Virus record (IMG/VR): IMGVR_UViG_3300025707_000003 | Coordinates: 1 to 64,000 of that record | Reading direction: 5' to 3' (one strand) | Source of the DNA: a virus | Taxonomy: Duplodnaviria; Caudoviricetes | DNA: 64,000 nucleotides | Part shown: positions 55,487 through 64,000 of the stretch, piece after piece | Position numbering within the stretch: the first letter of the stretch is position 1 | Layout: each line of letters opens with the position of its first letter | Program-made: the position numbers and the translations under genes | The notes under the pieces: generated by a model | Databases searched by the model: none | What the model saw: the letters and a program-made list of their open reading frames with translations, nothing else | Told to the model about the DNA's origin: nothing

Positions 55487-57904
55487 TTAACTGCACTTCC
55501 CATAACCACAATCGGTACATGAAACACACCCGTCTTGATAGATCAACGAGTCGTTTCCACAGTCATCACATCTTTTATCACTGGGTACTTCTCCGTTCTC
55601 TATATACCCTTTCAAGATACGAGCAATGCACTTACTGAAGCTGAACATATCGCTGTTTCGATCTTTCAAGAGTTGCTCGACCATAAACTTAGCTTTTGCT
55701 CCATGTCTCAAACCTAATGAGATCATACGAGCAAAGGCTAAGTTATTTGGGTTATTGAAGACTGAGACTACATCCTTTATGACTAGCCCTTCATCTCCAA
55801 TATGCAGATCATACTTACCGTTTTGAGTTTTGAACTGACGCTTAGAGATTTTCCCTGTGGTGTACTTCTTAGGGATCTCTATCAAACTCGCTTTCCCCCC
55901 AAATATCTCATATGGTTTATCTTCAAGCAACCCGACTAAAATGATCCATTTCTCACTTTGAATCTGAGAGTAATGAATATCACACTCAAGTAGAGCAGGT
56001 CGTTTTGGAGCTTGGTTTTGTGGGAAAGTTTCTTTTTCTTTCTTTGTCACCAAGACACCAGATCTTGAACCATCAACATAAACAGTGACCCCTTTTAACT
56101 TTAGTCTCCAAGATTTCAAGTATATTTCACTGACCGTTTCCTCTGTCGTGTCTGAGGGGAGATTTATTGTGGATGAGATAGCATGGTCAATATGCTGTTG
56201 AATGGTTGCCTGGATCTCTACTCTTTTTTCCCATTTGATATTCTGACTTTCAGTGAAGAAATCTGGTAATGGTTGATCTGGATTTAATGTTTTCCACTCT
56301 AAGATGTTGTGGTGGAACACTTCGTACTCATCCCAAACATCACCGACATCATCTACAAAACTTTTTTCAGTTTTGTTCTTCTCTTCAATCTTCCTTCTTC
56401 GCACATAAGAATTACGAAAGACGGGTTCTAATCCAGAACTTGTCTGAGACATTAGAGAAACACTACCTGTTGGAGCGTTAGTCAAGATGCTGATGTTTCT
56501 TCGCCCATGCAGTTTGATCCCATCTTGGATTTCTTGAGGAAGAGACTTTATGAAGAGGTTGTCTTTTTCTAAGTCATAATTGAAAGCTGGGAACGCACCT
56601 CGTTCTTGAGCTAGGTTTATGCTCTCTTTATACGCTTCACATTTAAGAGTCTTGTAGATCTCATCTGTTATTTTTAAAGCCTCATCACTATCATAGGGAA
56701 GATTAAGCCTAGCGAGTGCGTCAGCTAATCCATGAGTTCCTAATCCTGTGCGTCTACCATTTTCACAAGCAGTCAGTAGCTTTCCCCATAGGCTCTTTTC
56801 ATCTTCGGTGTCTGATATTTGAATCAGGTTAGAGAGCTTTTCTAATTCTAACTCTACAAGATCATCGGAGAGTCTCATCGCACTTTGTACCGTTTTTGAG
56901 AAGTCCTCAAAGTTAAAAGCGGGATACTCTTCAAACGCATTTAGCACAAAGTGTTTCAGGTTGATGGAAATCAACCTACAAGAGTCATAAGCGGACAAGG
57001 GGATTTCGGCACAAGGATTTGTGCATATCGTTTTGAACTCTGGATATGCATTTGCAGGTAGGTAGTTTAAAATGTTATCCCACATCAAGAGTCCAGGTTC
57101 TGCTGTAGTTTTAGCCGAACGAACAATTGTTTCCCATAGATCCTTCGCAGAAATCGTCTTTGTATGTGTTGGGGATTCACTCTCCACAGGATACTGGAGT
57201 GTGAAATCTGAATCAGACTCCACGGCCTTCATGAACTCATCATTGATCCTGATGCTAATGTTAGCACCTGTCACTTTTGTGAGGTCATTCTTCATTGTGG
57301 TGAAGTTTTCGATGTCGGGGTGTCTGATGTCCATAGAGAGCATCAAAGCTCCTCTTCGACCATTCTGACCAACCATGCGACAGACATGACTGTAGAAGTC
57401 GGCAAAGCTCCAAGCACCAGTAGTTGTACCCGCTGAATTTGAAACTTTAGAACCAGAGGGTCTTAATGAACTCAAATCGAGTCCAACACCACACCTTCTT
57501 TTAAAGAGGTTAGCGAGATCTCGCCCTGCATTCATGATGCTACTCATGTCATCACTTGGAGACTCCACAACCACACAATTTGAGAGAGAGGTATTTATTT
57601 GGTTGTTACCGATCCCCATCATAGGAGATCCTTGAGGTACGATCTTCTTAAAATCTTTTAACAAGTCATAGATGTCTTCCTCACTCATTTGTCCATCATT
57701 GGAAAACTTTGATTCGATCCTCGCAAATTCTGCACTTAATCTCTGGTGCATTTGATCTGGAGTTACCTCTAAGAACTCCCCATGCTTATTCTTCAACGCA
57801 TACTTTGAAACCCAGACCTGACTTGCCAAAGAATCCCCGTTAAAGTACCTTAATGATTCTTCGGACACCTTACTTAAAGAATACTCACCATTCATTATCC
57901 ACAT
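55487..57904 (-). CDS. nrdJ: class II (B12-dependent) ribonucleotide reductase
   Basis: SNC, RRCGVG, TNPCAEI, APTG, G.TVYVDGSR, C-terminal C..CG...GC..C..CG; no intein seen. Confidence 0.92.
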   Translation of the reverse strand: MWIMNGEYSLSKVSEESLRYFNGDSLASQVWVSKYALKNKHGEFLEVTPDQMHQRLSAEFARIESKFSNDGQMSEEDIYDLLKDFKKIVPQGSPMMGIGNNQINTSLSNCVVVESPSDDMSSIMNAGRDLANLFKRRCGVGLDLSSLRPSGSKVSNSAGTTTGAWSFADFYSHVCRMVGQNGRRGALMLSMDIRHPDIENFTTMKNDLTKVTGANISIRINDEFMKAVESDSDFTLQYPVESESPTHTKTISAKDLWETIVRSAKTTAEPGLLMWDNILNYLPANAYPEFKTICTNPCAEIPLSAYDSCRLISINLKHFVLNAFEEYPAFNFEDFSKTVQSAMRLSDDLVELELEKLSNLIQISDTEDEKSLWGKLLTACENGRRTGLGTHGLADALARLNLPYDSDEALKITDEIYKTLKCEAYKESINLAQERGAFPAFNYDLEKDNLFIKSLPQEIQDGIKLHGRRNISILTNAPTGSVSLMSQTSSGLEPVFRNSYVRRRKIEEKNKTEKSFVDDVGDVWDEYEVFHHNILEWKTLNPDQPLPDFFTESQNIKWEKRVEIQATIQQHIDHAISSTINLPSDTTEETVSEIYLKSWRLKLKGVTVYVDGSRSGVLVTKKEKETFPQNQAPKRPALLECDIHYSQIQSEKWIILVGLLEDKPYEIFGGKASLIEIPKKYTTGKISKRQFKTQNGKYDLHIGDEGLVIKDVVSVFNNPNNLAFARMISLGLRHGAKAKFMVEQLLKDRNSDMFSFSKCIARILKGYIENGEVPSDKRCDDCGNDSLIYQDGCVSCTDCGYGKCS

Positions 57905-58007
57905 ACCTTTCGATGTTTAGAAACTTAGTTCAAAAATAAGTTTGTTGAACCCCCCACCTTAAAAAGTACCAACCAAAGGAGGGTTTCAAAGAGGGTGTAT
58001 TTATTAA

Positions 58008-58943
58008 CTATAAAATACCAAGCACTCCGACTTTAAATTTCAACCAGGAACTCCTACCACCAGAAACCACATTGTTTTCGCACTCATAAAGCACATTTAG
58101 AAGTCTTCTCAGATTAACAACCCCCCCAAAAGTATAAATCTTGGGTGTCATAAAGTTTTTTATGGCATAAGGATTTTTCCCTAAATCTTCTGCGATATGA
58201 TCCAAAGACATCTTTGCTTCCACTCGCAGACCTACCTCAAGTAGGTTGATACAGTTCGACAATAAGATCCCATTACAGACTGCCATCGTTTGATCTGTCT
58301 TGGACGAACGCTCTATCTTTTCACAAACCTTGATGAACGCTTTATGATTCCTCTCCATGATCGCATTTGAAAGATCAATAAAGCTCGCTTCTGTTAAGTC
58401 AGAAATCAAGTTCATTACAATGTTGGGAGTGATCTCTTCTTCTTCCCCCACTGCATAAACATATTTGACGACTTCCCATCGTAAAGCACCAAGATCAATC
58501 CCTACACGATTAACAATTGCACGACACAACACAGGGTCGATCTTCTTCGCATACTTTCCAACATACTTATGCAACCAATCACTCGCCCATTCTTTTTTCT
58601 GATCCTCATATTGAGGTTCGTCTAGTTTACGATTCAGATAACCTTCTAAGGCTTTCGGTAAACGATCATTCGTGTGAACTACTAAGACCTCACTACCACT
58701 CCTCGATTTGAGGTGCTGTTCTAACTTCTTGTTCTTTGTTGGATTGGTCAACACCACAAAGATCGGGTCGGTATCAAATAAACCAGATTCAAAAGATGAT
58801 GTAAGATCATCTGTCTTAGCGTCTACCTCACGAACATCATATCCATTAGCCCGATACTCAAGGGTGATGTCTCTAGCTGTCAACTCAATCCACTGTTTTG
58901 ATGACCCATATAAGACCATCACATTCTCATCATTCCCTCTCAT
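58008..58943 (-). CDS. holA: DNA polymerase III delta subunit-like clamp-loader protein
   Basis: GLFD N-terminal motif, G.DL..L..E..K, hPY..K region. Confidence 0.65.
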   Translation of the reverse strand: MRGNDENVMVLYGSSKQWIELTARDITLEYRANGYDVREVDAKTDDLTSSFESGLFDTDPIFVVLTNPTKNKKLEQHLKSRSGSEVLVVHTNDRLPKALEGYLNRKLDEPQYEDQKKEWASDWLHKYVGKYAKKIDPVLCRAIVNRVGIDLGALRWEVVKYVYAVGEEEEITPNIVMNLISDLTEASFIDLSNAIMERNHKAFIKVCEKIERSSKTDQTMAVCNGILLSNCINLLEVGLRVEAKMSLDHIAEDLGKNPYAIKNFMTPKIYTFGGVVNLRRLLNVLYECENNVVSGGRSSWLKFKVGVLGIL

Positions 58944-59524
58944 TATTTAACCCCCAAGAAATAACCATATACGCACACTTTGCGTATATGAGGTCGTTTA
59001 AGGACTGCTTTAAGTTCATCGTCATAACGCTCTACCAACCCCTCATCAACCAACACATCCACATATGCTTCAAGAAAAGCTCTATGTTGCCCCTTTTCGA
59101 TCTTTTTAAGACAATCAGATACTAGGACAAGGTTTTCATCTAAAGTAGCCTTAGAGAGCGTTTTAGCGTCCTCATAAAGTGGGTGTTGAGGTTGAGGCTG
59201 ATAATGAAACCTCTCCCCACATCTTGAACGAATGGTTTCGGGTACAGAACCATAGTCTCTAGCCCATAAGATCAGTTCGGGGGCTGAGGGGTAGGGTTCT
59301 TCAATCCTCTTAAGTAAGATATCTAAGGTTTGAGGATTCGCTTCGTCAAGAGGACCTGCTACTAAGAGAGGATTATCATGAGGCCAAACTTGAGAGTACA
59401 TCTCCACAAGCTCTTTAACAGCGTCAGTCTTTAAGTCTTGATAGGGAGGTTTGATGAGGGTTTTCCCCTCCATGAGGTCAGATAAAGCCCTCTCTACTCC
59501 CGATCCATGATGTATAAACAGCAT
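58943..59524 (-). CDS. holB: DNA polymerase III delta' subunit-like protein
   Basis: LLKRIEEP and VPETIRSRC motifs; coupled to the delta-like gene. Confidence 0.65.
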   Translation of the reverse strand: MLFIHHGSGVERALSDLMEGKTLIKPPYQDLKTDAVKELVEMYSQVWPHDNPLLVAGPLDEANPQTLDILLKRIEEPYPSAPELILWARDYGSVPETIRSRCGERFHYQPQPQHPLYEDAKTLSKATLDENLVLVSDCLKKIEKGQHRAFLEAYVDVLVDEGLVERYDDELKAVLKRPHIRKVCVYGYFLGVK

Positions 59525-59890
59525 ATAGTCTCCTTTCTTTTACTCTTATAGGTTTTACCCTTTACATCAACTCGTAAGTTTCATATAAGAGTGATCGTGT
59601 CATCCCTTTGGGGAGTTGTCTCTAGTCCTCTTAAGTGAGATCAAGACAGGAGATGGATAACAACCATTAGGTGGGATAGTCTACTTGTAGTACGCACCTA
59701 ACGACACAAGATTAACTGTTCATACGCCGTGGCTTACATATATCCCTAACCTCTTAGTCGAGATTGGGTATGCTCCAGGGGAGAAGATCTGACTTAATAC
59801 ACTTGTTAAGTTTCATTCTAGGAATACCTCAACTAGATCAGATTAGTCTCTTGCCCGTAACTTACATTAGATACTCTTTAGAGTAGATAA

Positions 59891-59917
59891 ACTCTTAGAG
59901 GAGTATACTCTAAGAGT
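59891..59917. repeat. inverted repeat in a 700-bp divergent intergenic region
   Basis: ACTCTTAGAG-gagtata-CTCTAAGAGT. Confidence 0.7.
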
Positions 59918-60222
59918 TAGTAAGATACGAAGTATCGCTAGAGTTAAAAATAATACTAAGAAAAAAACTACAACAACTTTAACTGTTACAAGTTCAAGTT
60001 CTACATCTACGAATATAGCTTCAGCTAATATGAGTTCTTCTACTATATGTCCTATAACATCTTAACCTACATCTTCTACATCTTCGATTCTTCCAGATGT
60101 ATGTCTTTTAAAGACACCTTATCAGTAAGGATAAGGTATCAAAAGATAGTATTTCCTCTTAGTAAACAGAGGAAATACGATATAATCTCTCTAAGATACT
60201 AAGAGAGAGATTAATAGAAAAA

Positions 60223-60546
60223 ATGAAATTAATAGAAATCAACCTATCTGGAACAAAGGAAGAAAAGGTAAAGAGTTTATGTGAAGCTCTTAGCAGGAGG
60301 TTCTCAGGTTGTACTCTCTACAGGACTATCGGTTATTGGAGTGATGAGGGTTATCTGTTTAAGGAATCTTATGAGGGTATCAAAGAGGAACAGGGGTATG
60401 GGATAAAGGTCTTAATAGAAGAAGATCTTGATCAAGTGGAAAAGATCATAAGAACCTACTTATCGGAAACAGAAATAAACTGGGTTCAAGTAGTCTCTTA
60501 TAGGGTAGATATTCATCATGTAAACTTGGGGAGTTTAAGGGGGTAG
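60223..60546 (+). CDS. hypothetical protein (possibly DUF3574/PII-like fold)
   Basis: RF.G.T....G.W...E pattern; weak. Confidence 0.5.
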   Translation: MKLIEINLSGTKEEKVKSLCEALSRRFSGCTLYRTIGYWSDEGYLFKESYEGIKEEQGYGIKVLIEEDLDQVEKIIRTYLSETEINWVQVVSYRVDIHHVNLGSLRG

Positions 60547-60594
60547 TTCATATAAAGGTAAGTGAACTACCGACCTAAAAGGAGACTCACCCTT

Positions 60595-60942
60595 ATGAGT
60601 GATGTAAAAGATTTAAAAGAGCAGATCGTTCGTATCCGAAATTATACTGAGATTTCACAAATCACAGTCAGTCGAAGTGTAAAGATGCCTAGAGGTGGGG
60701 GGGATGTTTTTGTATCATTAACAGGCAACTATGGGGATCAAAATGAGTGTGTTGGTCCAGGTCTAAGTTTAGAGGATGCAAGGGTTGCAACTCATTTACT
60801 TGGACTTGAAGCAAATATCATGGCTTTTCAACAAGCTCATTCAGCAGGTATCTTATCGGGGGAGCAATGCGAGAGTGCTATCCGACACACAAAGAACAAC
60901 TTTGGTCAGCTCCTTATGAACCTAGATGGAGATAAAAAATGA
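60595..60942 (+). CDS. hypothetical protein
   Basis: AAAGGAGA RBS before internal Met. Confidence 0.65.
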   Translation: MSDVKDLKEQIVRIRNYTEISQITVSRSVKMPRGGGDVFVSLTGNYGDQNECVGPGLSLEDARVATHLLGLEANIMAFQQAHSAGILSGEQCESAIRHTKNNFGQLLMNLDGDKK

Positions 60943-61778
60943 TTGAACAAGCGTATATTGATCGCATTTATGCACGACTTACGGAGATGGATGTCGTGTT
61001 AGACGCAGATCCTATTGAGTTTGGGCCTAGTCGGTTAAATTATAAAGTGTCTATCGTGCGTGGACACCTTTCCTCGACTGAAAAGATTTTCATGGAAGTC
61101 AGCCATAACCTCCAAAAATTCAAGCGTGATCTGTTGATCAAAAATACCGAGTATTCACTTGAGCAAACACAGCTCATTGCTAATGATCCTCATGTGCGTT
61201 CGGGTCGATCTCAAAAAGAGCGAGAAGCCTTAGCGGCAACTCGACTTGTCCATATCCAATCTAAGATCAACGACCACACGCTCTCCTCACATGACCTTGA
61301 GGACTTGATGACGGTTATCAAGGCAAAGCGTACAGACCTTAAAGACATTCAAGGTCGATTACGAGATCAGCTCAAGTTATGCCAAGAACAGATCGCTCTT
61401 GGACAGCGTTGGGGTTCAAAGACAATGACCTCTAAGACATTCAATGATCCGAATGTTATCTCTACTGAAGTCAACACAGCTAAACTTGTCGATCAGTTTA
61501 TCACTCAGCGTCAAAACGCAGAAGCCAAAGTCGACCAGCAGGCTGAACAAATGACACAGGCAGAGCAACTATCAGTCAAGCGAGAATCAATATCTGCTGA
61601 TGATGAACTTGCAGTCGCTTTGGCTCAAGCACCAACAGAAAGCACCCCTTTAAATGGCACAAATACCACAGCCAATGAGGATGAGATCAATGGCTTTGTA
61701 AAGACTCCTTTGGAGGATATTGATACGAATGTTGATGCGATTGACCTTGACGACCTTTTTGCTGAGTTTGGTGGGTAG
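60939..61778 (+). CDS. coiled-coil protein with acidic C-terminal tail
   Basis: Heptad-rich central part; ends DLDDLFAEFGG, like many ssDNA/recombination accessory proteins. Confidence 0.65.
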   Translation: MIEQAYIDRIYARLTEMDVVLDADPIEFGPSRLNYKVSIVRGHLSSTEKIFMEVSHNLQKFKRDLLIKNTEYSLEQTQLIANDPHVRSGRSQKEREALAATRLVHIQSKINDHTLSSHDLEDLMTVIKAKRTDLKDIQGRLRDQLKLCQEQIALGQRWGSKTMTSKTFNDPNVISTEVNTAKLVDQFITQRQNAEAKVDQQAEQMTQAEQLSVKRESISADDELAVALAQAPTESTPLNGTNTTANEDEINGFVKTPLEDIDTNVDAIDLDDLFAEFGG

Positions 61779-62034
61779 GACACTCAAGGTAGAGTTCTTT
61801 TGCATTGAGCATGACCTGAAGGGCATTAAACAAATCTTATAGAAGAGACTCGATAAAGAAGATTTAAGGGTTCGTCTTTGAACCTTTTTCTTGTCTCTTT
61901 GATTTCTCTGACTGGCTTCGCTGAATCTTCGCTACAACAAAGCGTACAGCATATCAATAGTATATAAGTCAGTTTCATCAGAAAAACCCCCCATTGTTAA
62001 ATTATGAACATAGGGAGTATTTAATGATTATAAA

Positions 62035-62571
62035 TCAAATCTTGAGTGGGTCTCCGTTGTCGTCAAAAAGACGCTCAACATCAAATGAACCATCCTCTGA
62101 TACTTTCATGCTCCATAGGTCTTTGGTCGCTTTGTGTACAAGAGTGGACTCACCACCTGCTTGACTTAAAAAGCTCGCTGAAAGATTAGGTCCACTCAAC
62201 ACAATAAAGTGGTCATTGATGTTTGCCACTTTCATACTCGCTACACGCAAAAAGTTAGCAGGAATACGATCAATCTTATTCCGACCATCGAACTTAACGA
62301 ACACTTCACCATCAAGAGAGGTAACATCACCTGTTGCGGTCTTAACAGATACAACAGTTCCCTTAGTACCAGATGTCGGTAGTTGTCCAGGTAGTATAAC
62401 ACCGTTATTAGTGTGAGATACTACACGCATACCGTCATCAAAGTTAAGTGCTTCTCTTGTGTTCTGACGACCACGATCTGTTAGATCAGAAATCCTAGTT
62501 TCAAGAACCGCGTCCATGCTTGAGGTCTTTTGAAACGACCCGAATACAATGTCATTTTCTTTCATAACCAT
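62035..62571 (-). CDS. probable virion protein
   Basis: Class B promoter, AGGAGA RBS; internal LRVASMKVA motif. Confidence 0.65.
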   Translation of the reverse strand: MVMKENDIVFGSFQKTSSMDAVLETRISDLTDRGRQNTREALNFDDGMRVVSHTNNGVILPGQLPTSGTKGTVVSVKTATGDVTSLDGEVFVKFDGRNKIDRIPANFLRVASMKVANINDHFIVLSGPNLSASFLSQAGGESTLVHKATKDLWSMKVSEDGSFDVERLFDDNGDPLKI

Positions 62572-62772
62572 TCTCCTATTGTGAATAGAGTGTTTGATTA
62601 TGTGGGCGATATAAAGAGACTATTAAACTCTCTCGTATTTGAGGACTACCTCAAGGCACTTCTCTGGGTTCATCCAAAGATCACGCTTTAGGAGTTGTTT
62701 GATTTGCTCCTTAATGCTTGTGTGTTTGAGATAAATACTCTCCAACATTCCCATAAGTCCATCGACTCTTTC

Positions 62773-63195
62773 TCATCTACTCTCACGAATAATGTAAAAA
62801 CCCTCTAACCAAGCTAAAACTAGAGGTCTTAGCGATTTTGTTGCTATTGGGGAAAAACAATCTGGCATTTTCCGATGCCCTAAGATGCAGTGGTCTTTTT
62901 TATACGAAAGGCAGTGGTCTTTTTCATCACACGCTTTGGATACATCGAGGAGTTTTAGACATCCTCTCGGATCTCTAAGGTTTTGGTTCATCAGTGGTGT
63001 TGTGAACCCTCTCATCGCTTGATCAAGTACTTCGTGAGACACTTCGGGTATTAAACGCTCAACAGATGTTCCTATCAAGTCCGAAAACTCTCCCCAATTT
63101 GTACTCTCATATGGAAGGATCTTAGCAATCTTAGGGTTATTCCAGTTTTTATCCTTGAGTGTCATAAAGATTAGCCCATCTCTACGATACATCAT
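62773..63195 (-). CDS. hypothetical Cys-containing protein
   Basis: ORF track; coupled operon. Confidence 0.65.
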   Translation of the reverse strand: MMYRRDGLIFMTLKDKNWNNPKIAKILPYESTNWGEFSDLIGTSVERLIPEVSHEVLDQAMRGFTTPLMNQNLRDPRGCLKLLDVSKACDEKDHCLSYKKDHCILGHRKMPDCFSPIATKSLRPLVLAWLEGFYIIRESR

Positions 63196-63515
63196 TAATG
63201 ATATACCTTTGATTCTTCAATCGCTTTGATCTCTTCTAAGCAAAGGTTAGCTAGGTCTTCTGTTAAGATCCCCTCTGAGGTTAGATGATCCACCACCAAA
63301 GGGAGGACAGTACCTATAAGTAGTACAGGTTGGTTTTCACCTTGGTTGTCTGGAGTTACTACAACCTGCATTTCTGGGAATATCTCACTGATACCCATCA
63401 TTCGCCCTATGTAGAACCATATCCTAATTAGTTCTTCTTTAGAATCTGATTGATTGACAATCTGATTAAGTATGGTCTGCAATACTGTAACAGGATCTAT
63501 TGAGTCGTTATCCAT
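63195..63515 (-). CDS. hypothetical protein
   Basis: ORF track; AAGGGA RBS. Confidence 0.65.
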   Translation of the reverse strand: MDNDSIDPVTVLQTILNQIVNQSDSKEELIRIWFYIGRMMGISEIFPEMQVVVTPDNQGENQPVLLIGTVLPLVVDHLTSEGILTEDLANLCLEEIKAIEESKVYH

Positions 63516-63565
63516 GACATATCCCTTCTTTTTGTCAGAAGGGATAATATCTAAAGACTACAAAC

Positions 63566-63856
63566 TTACCTTCCGAACAAACACCTAGATTTTACCTCAT
63601 TGAGCATGGATTCAATCTTATTGAACTGATCTAAAAATTGTTGGTAAGGTAGAAGCACACTTTCACCACTAAGACCATCTAGCATTTCTGAAGCGTCCTC
63701 AAGTAGTTTTTGAACCTCACGATTTTCTCTAAGAAATTCATGACCCACAAAATTCTCTTTGATTGAATAGAGTCTACCTAGATTTTCATCTAGGTTTTCT
63801 TTTACCTTTTGAAACATCTTAGTCTTTGAGAGATGGCGATCAGCGTTTTTCACCAT
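63566..63856 (-). CDS. hypothetical protein
   Basis: ORF track. Confidence 0.6.
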   Translation of the reverse strand: MVKNADRHLSKTKMFQKVKENLDENLGRLYSIKENFVGHEFLRENREVQKLLEDASEMLDGLSGESVLLPYQQFLDQFNKIESMLNEVKSRCLFGR

Positions 63857-64000
63857 CCTTTTTTTTTATTCCTTCTTAGTGAAGCTCTTCTACGACCACC
63901 AGTCATAGCACCATCAAGTTTACGCATAAGTTTCTGTAGACTCTTAATTGCATTGCGAGTACGAACCTCAATAGGTTGACGACCTGCACGACCAGTTCCT
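63850..64000 (-). CDS. 3' end of a gene entering from beyond the window (...GTGRAGRQPIEVRTRNAIKSLQKLMRKLDG...)
   Basis: Open frame from the window edge to TGA at 63852-63850. Confidence 0.5.
   Translation of the reverse strand, partial: GTGRAGRQPIEVRTRNAIKSLQKLMRKLDGAMTGGRRRASLRRNKKKGW

Noticed and set aside
55487-57904. Intein or intron in nrdJ (also checked recD2 and the SNF2 gene)
   Set aside because: Lengths are normal, motifs are contiguous, and no C-terminal HN-C/S/T splice junction or LAGLIDADG block was seen.
1-64000. CRISPR array
   Set aside because: No regularly spaced direct repeats with unique spacers; the repeated 16-mers are gene-linked promoter motifs.
1-64000. Stop-codon reassignment (alternative genetic code)
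   Set aside because: Conserved enzymes are full length in code 11, TAG and TGA end real genes, and no well-formed suppressor tRNA was found.
1-64000. Eukaryotic giant-virus origin
   Set aside because: Pervasive Shine-Dalgarno sites, a contractile sheath, Pol III delta-like subunits and operon coupling indicate a bacteriophage.

Overview
This 64-kb window comes from a large, probably jumbo, contractile-tailed (myovirus-like) bacteriophage. It uses the standard bacterial code and strong AGGAG-type ribosome-binding sites. It encodes a 1597-aa tail sheath, three long fibre/spike proteins, and replication/recombination enzymes: ATP-dependent DNA ligase, RecD2-like helicase, SbcD/Mre11-like nuclease, SNF2 helicase and Pol III delta/delta'-like subunits. 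It also encodes ThyX, a class II ribonucleotide reductase, a free-standing homing endonuclease, a fused type IIG-like restriction-modification enzyme, and a 1.5-kb tRNA/ncRNA island. Two repeated phage promoter-like motifs are visible: GTAACCCYTTATYTAT in front of small non-structural genes and TAG-N3-NTTTATA in front of structural-type genes. The most striking unexplained structure is a family of six genes that share the second motif (five directly, the sixth lies in tandem behind one of them), a partly shared 5' UTR and a ~23-aa N-terminal leader (MR[RK]SA[ST]E[IV]I..LE.RIA.LE..A) fused to unrelated payloads. One of these cassettes is flanked by a 37-bp duplication of the sbcD 3' end. This looks like a modular capsid-targeting and payload-delivery cassette system. 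A looser RVA-type leader is also found on a HAD phosphatase and a 2H phosphoesterase. The RNA island holds two normal Arg tRNAs, several tRNA-like RNAs whose D-arm is replaced by a long helix, and a ~296-nt structured RNA candidate. All family assignments come from motif recognition by eye; no database searches were run.
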